Source of the DNA: Octopus sinensis
Taxonomy: Eukaryota
Direction of reading: 5' to 3'
Length of the DNA: 64,000 nucleotides
Assembly: GCF_006345805.1 (NCBI RefSeq)
Contig: NC_043008.1
Coordinates: forward strand, 10,478,001 to 10,542,000
Part shown: positions 63,677 through 64,000 of the stretch, piece by piece
Layout of the letters: each line of letters opens with the position of its first letter
Position numbering within the stretch: the first letter of the stretch is position 1
Notes under the pieces: model-generated
Told to the model about the DNA's origin: nothing
Databases searched by the model: none
Seen by the model: only the letters and a program-made list of their open reading frames with translations
Program-made: the position numbers and the translations under genes

Positions 63677-64000
63677 GCAACACACACACGTATGTACATA
63701 GACCTATTGCATATATGTCTTCTGTATGCATACATGTTCGTGTGAGTGTTTGTGTGTGTTGCCCATATATCAACAAAACACTTTTTTCCTTGACGGAAAA
63801 AAAACAACGAAAGTCTAAACAGAAACTTACTTGTCGCTAGAAGGGGACTTAACTCCTGTTTGCAAACAATGGTGATTTCTCAGACTTGAAAATTGTTAAA
63901 AGTTTTGGTTGAAAATTTATTTTTACTGCTATTCGCTAGTGCCCCTGGGAAAAATAAGTTGCTGAAAATACAGCTAGGATCATGACAAATGTCCTCCTAA

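Overview
AT-rich, repeat-dense animal genomic DNA. From its SINE families and long (TA)n/(TG)n/(CAT)n tracts I recognise it as Octopus-like (recall, not a database search). About 1-53 kb is CpG-poor and often T/G-skewed on +, which fits the introns of a + strand gene. I could find only four low-confidence exons for that gene (19385-19444, 22061-22143, 23933-23945, 30005-30020) and cannot name it. About 53.6-58 kb is CpG-rich, with a TATA box and donor/acceptor sites suggesting the start of another + strand transcript. Most ORFs in the supplied track are repeat or microsatellite artefacts. Recognisable mobile DNA: at least five SINE-like families, four mariner transposase remnants, several Helitrons (one with RepHel remnants), piggyBac-type and 8-bp-TSD MITEs, and RTE, CR1-like, REL-endonuclease and Gypsy fragments. 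The best finding is a young, highly structured 474-nt unit with an identical 92-nt terminal redundancy (17443-18008). It carries a near-canonical type I hammerhead ribozyme (17783-17883) and looks like a retrozyme or Penelope-like element. A second, minimal hammerhead lies just upstream (17293-17328). Many repeat boundaries are approximate.
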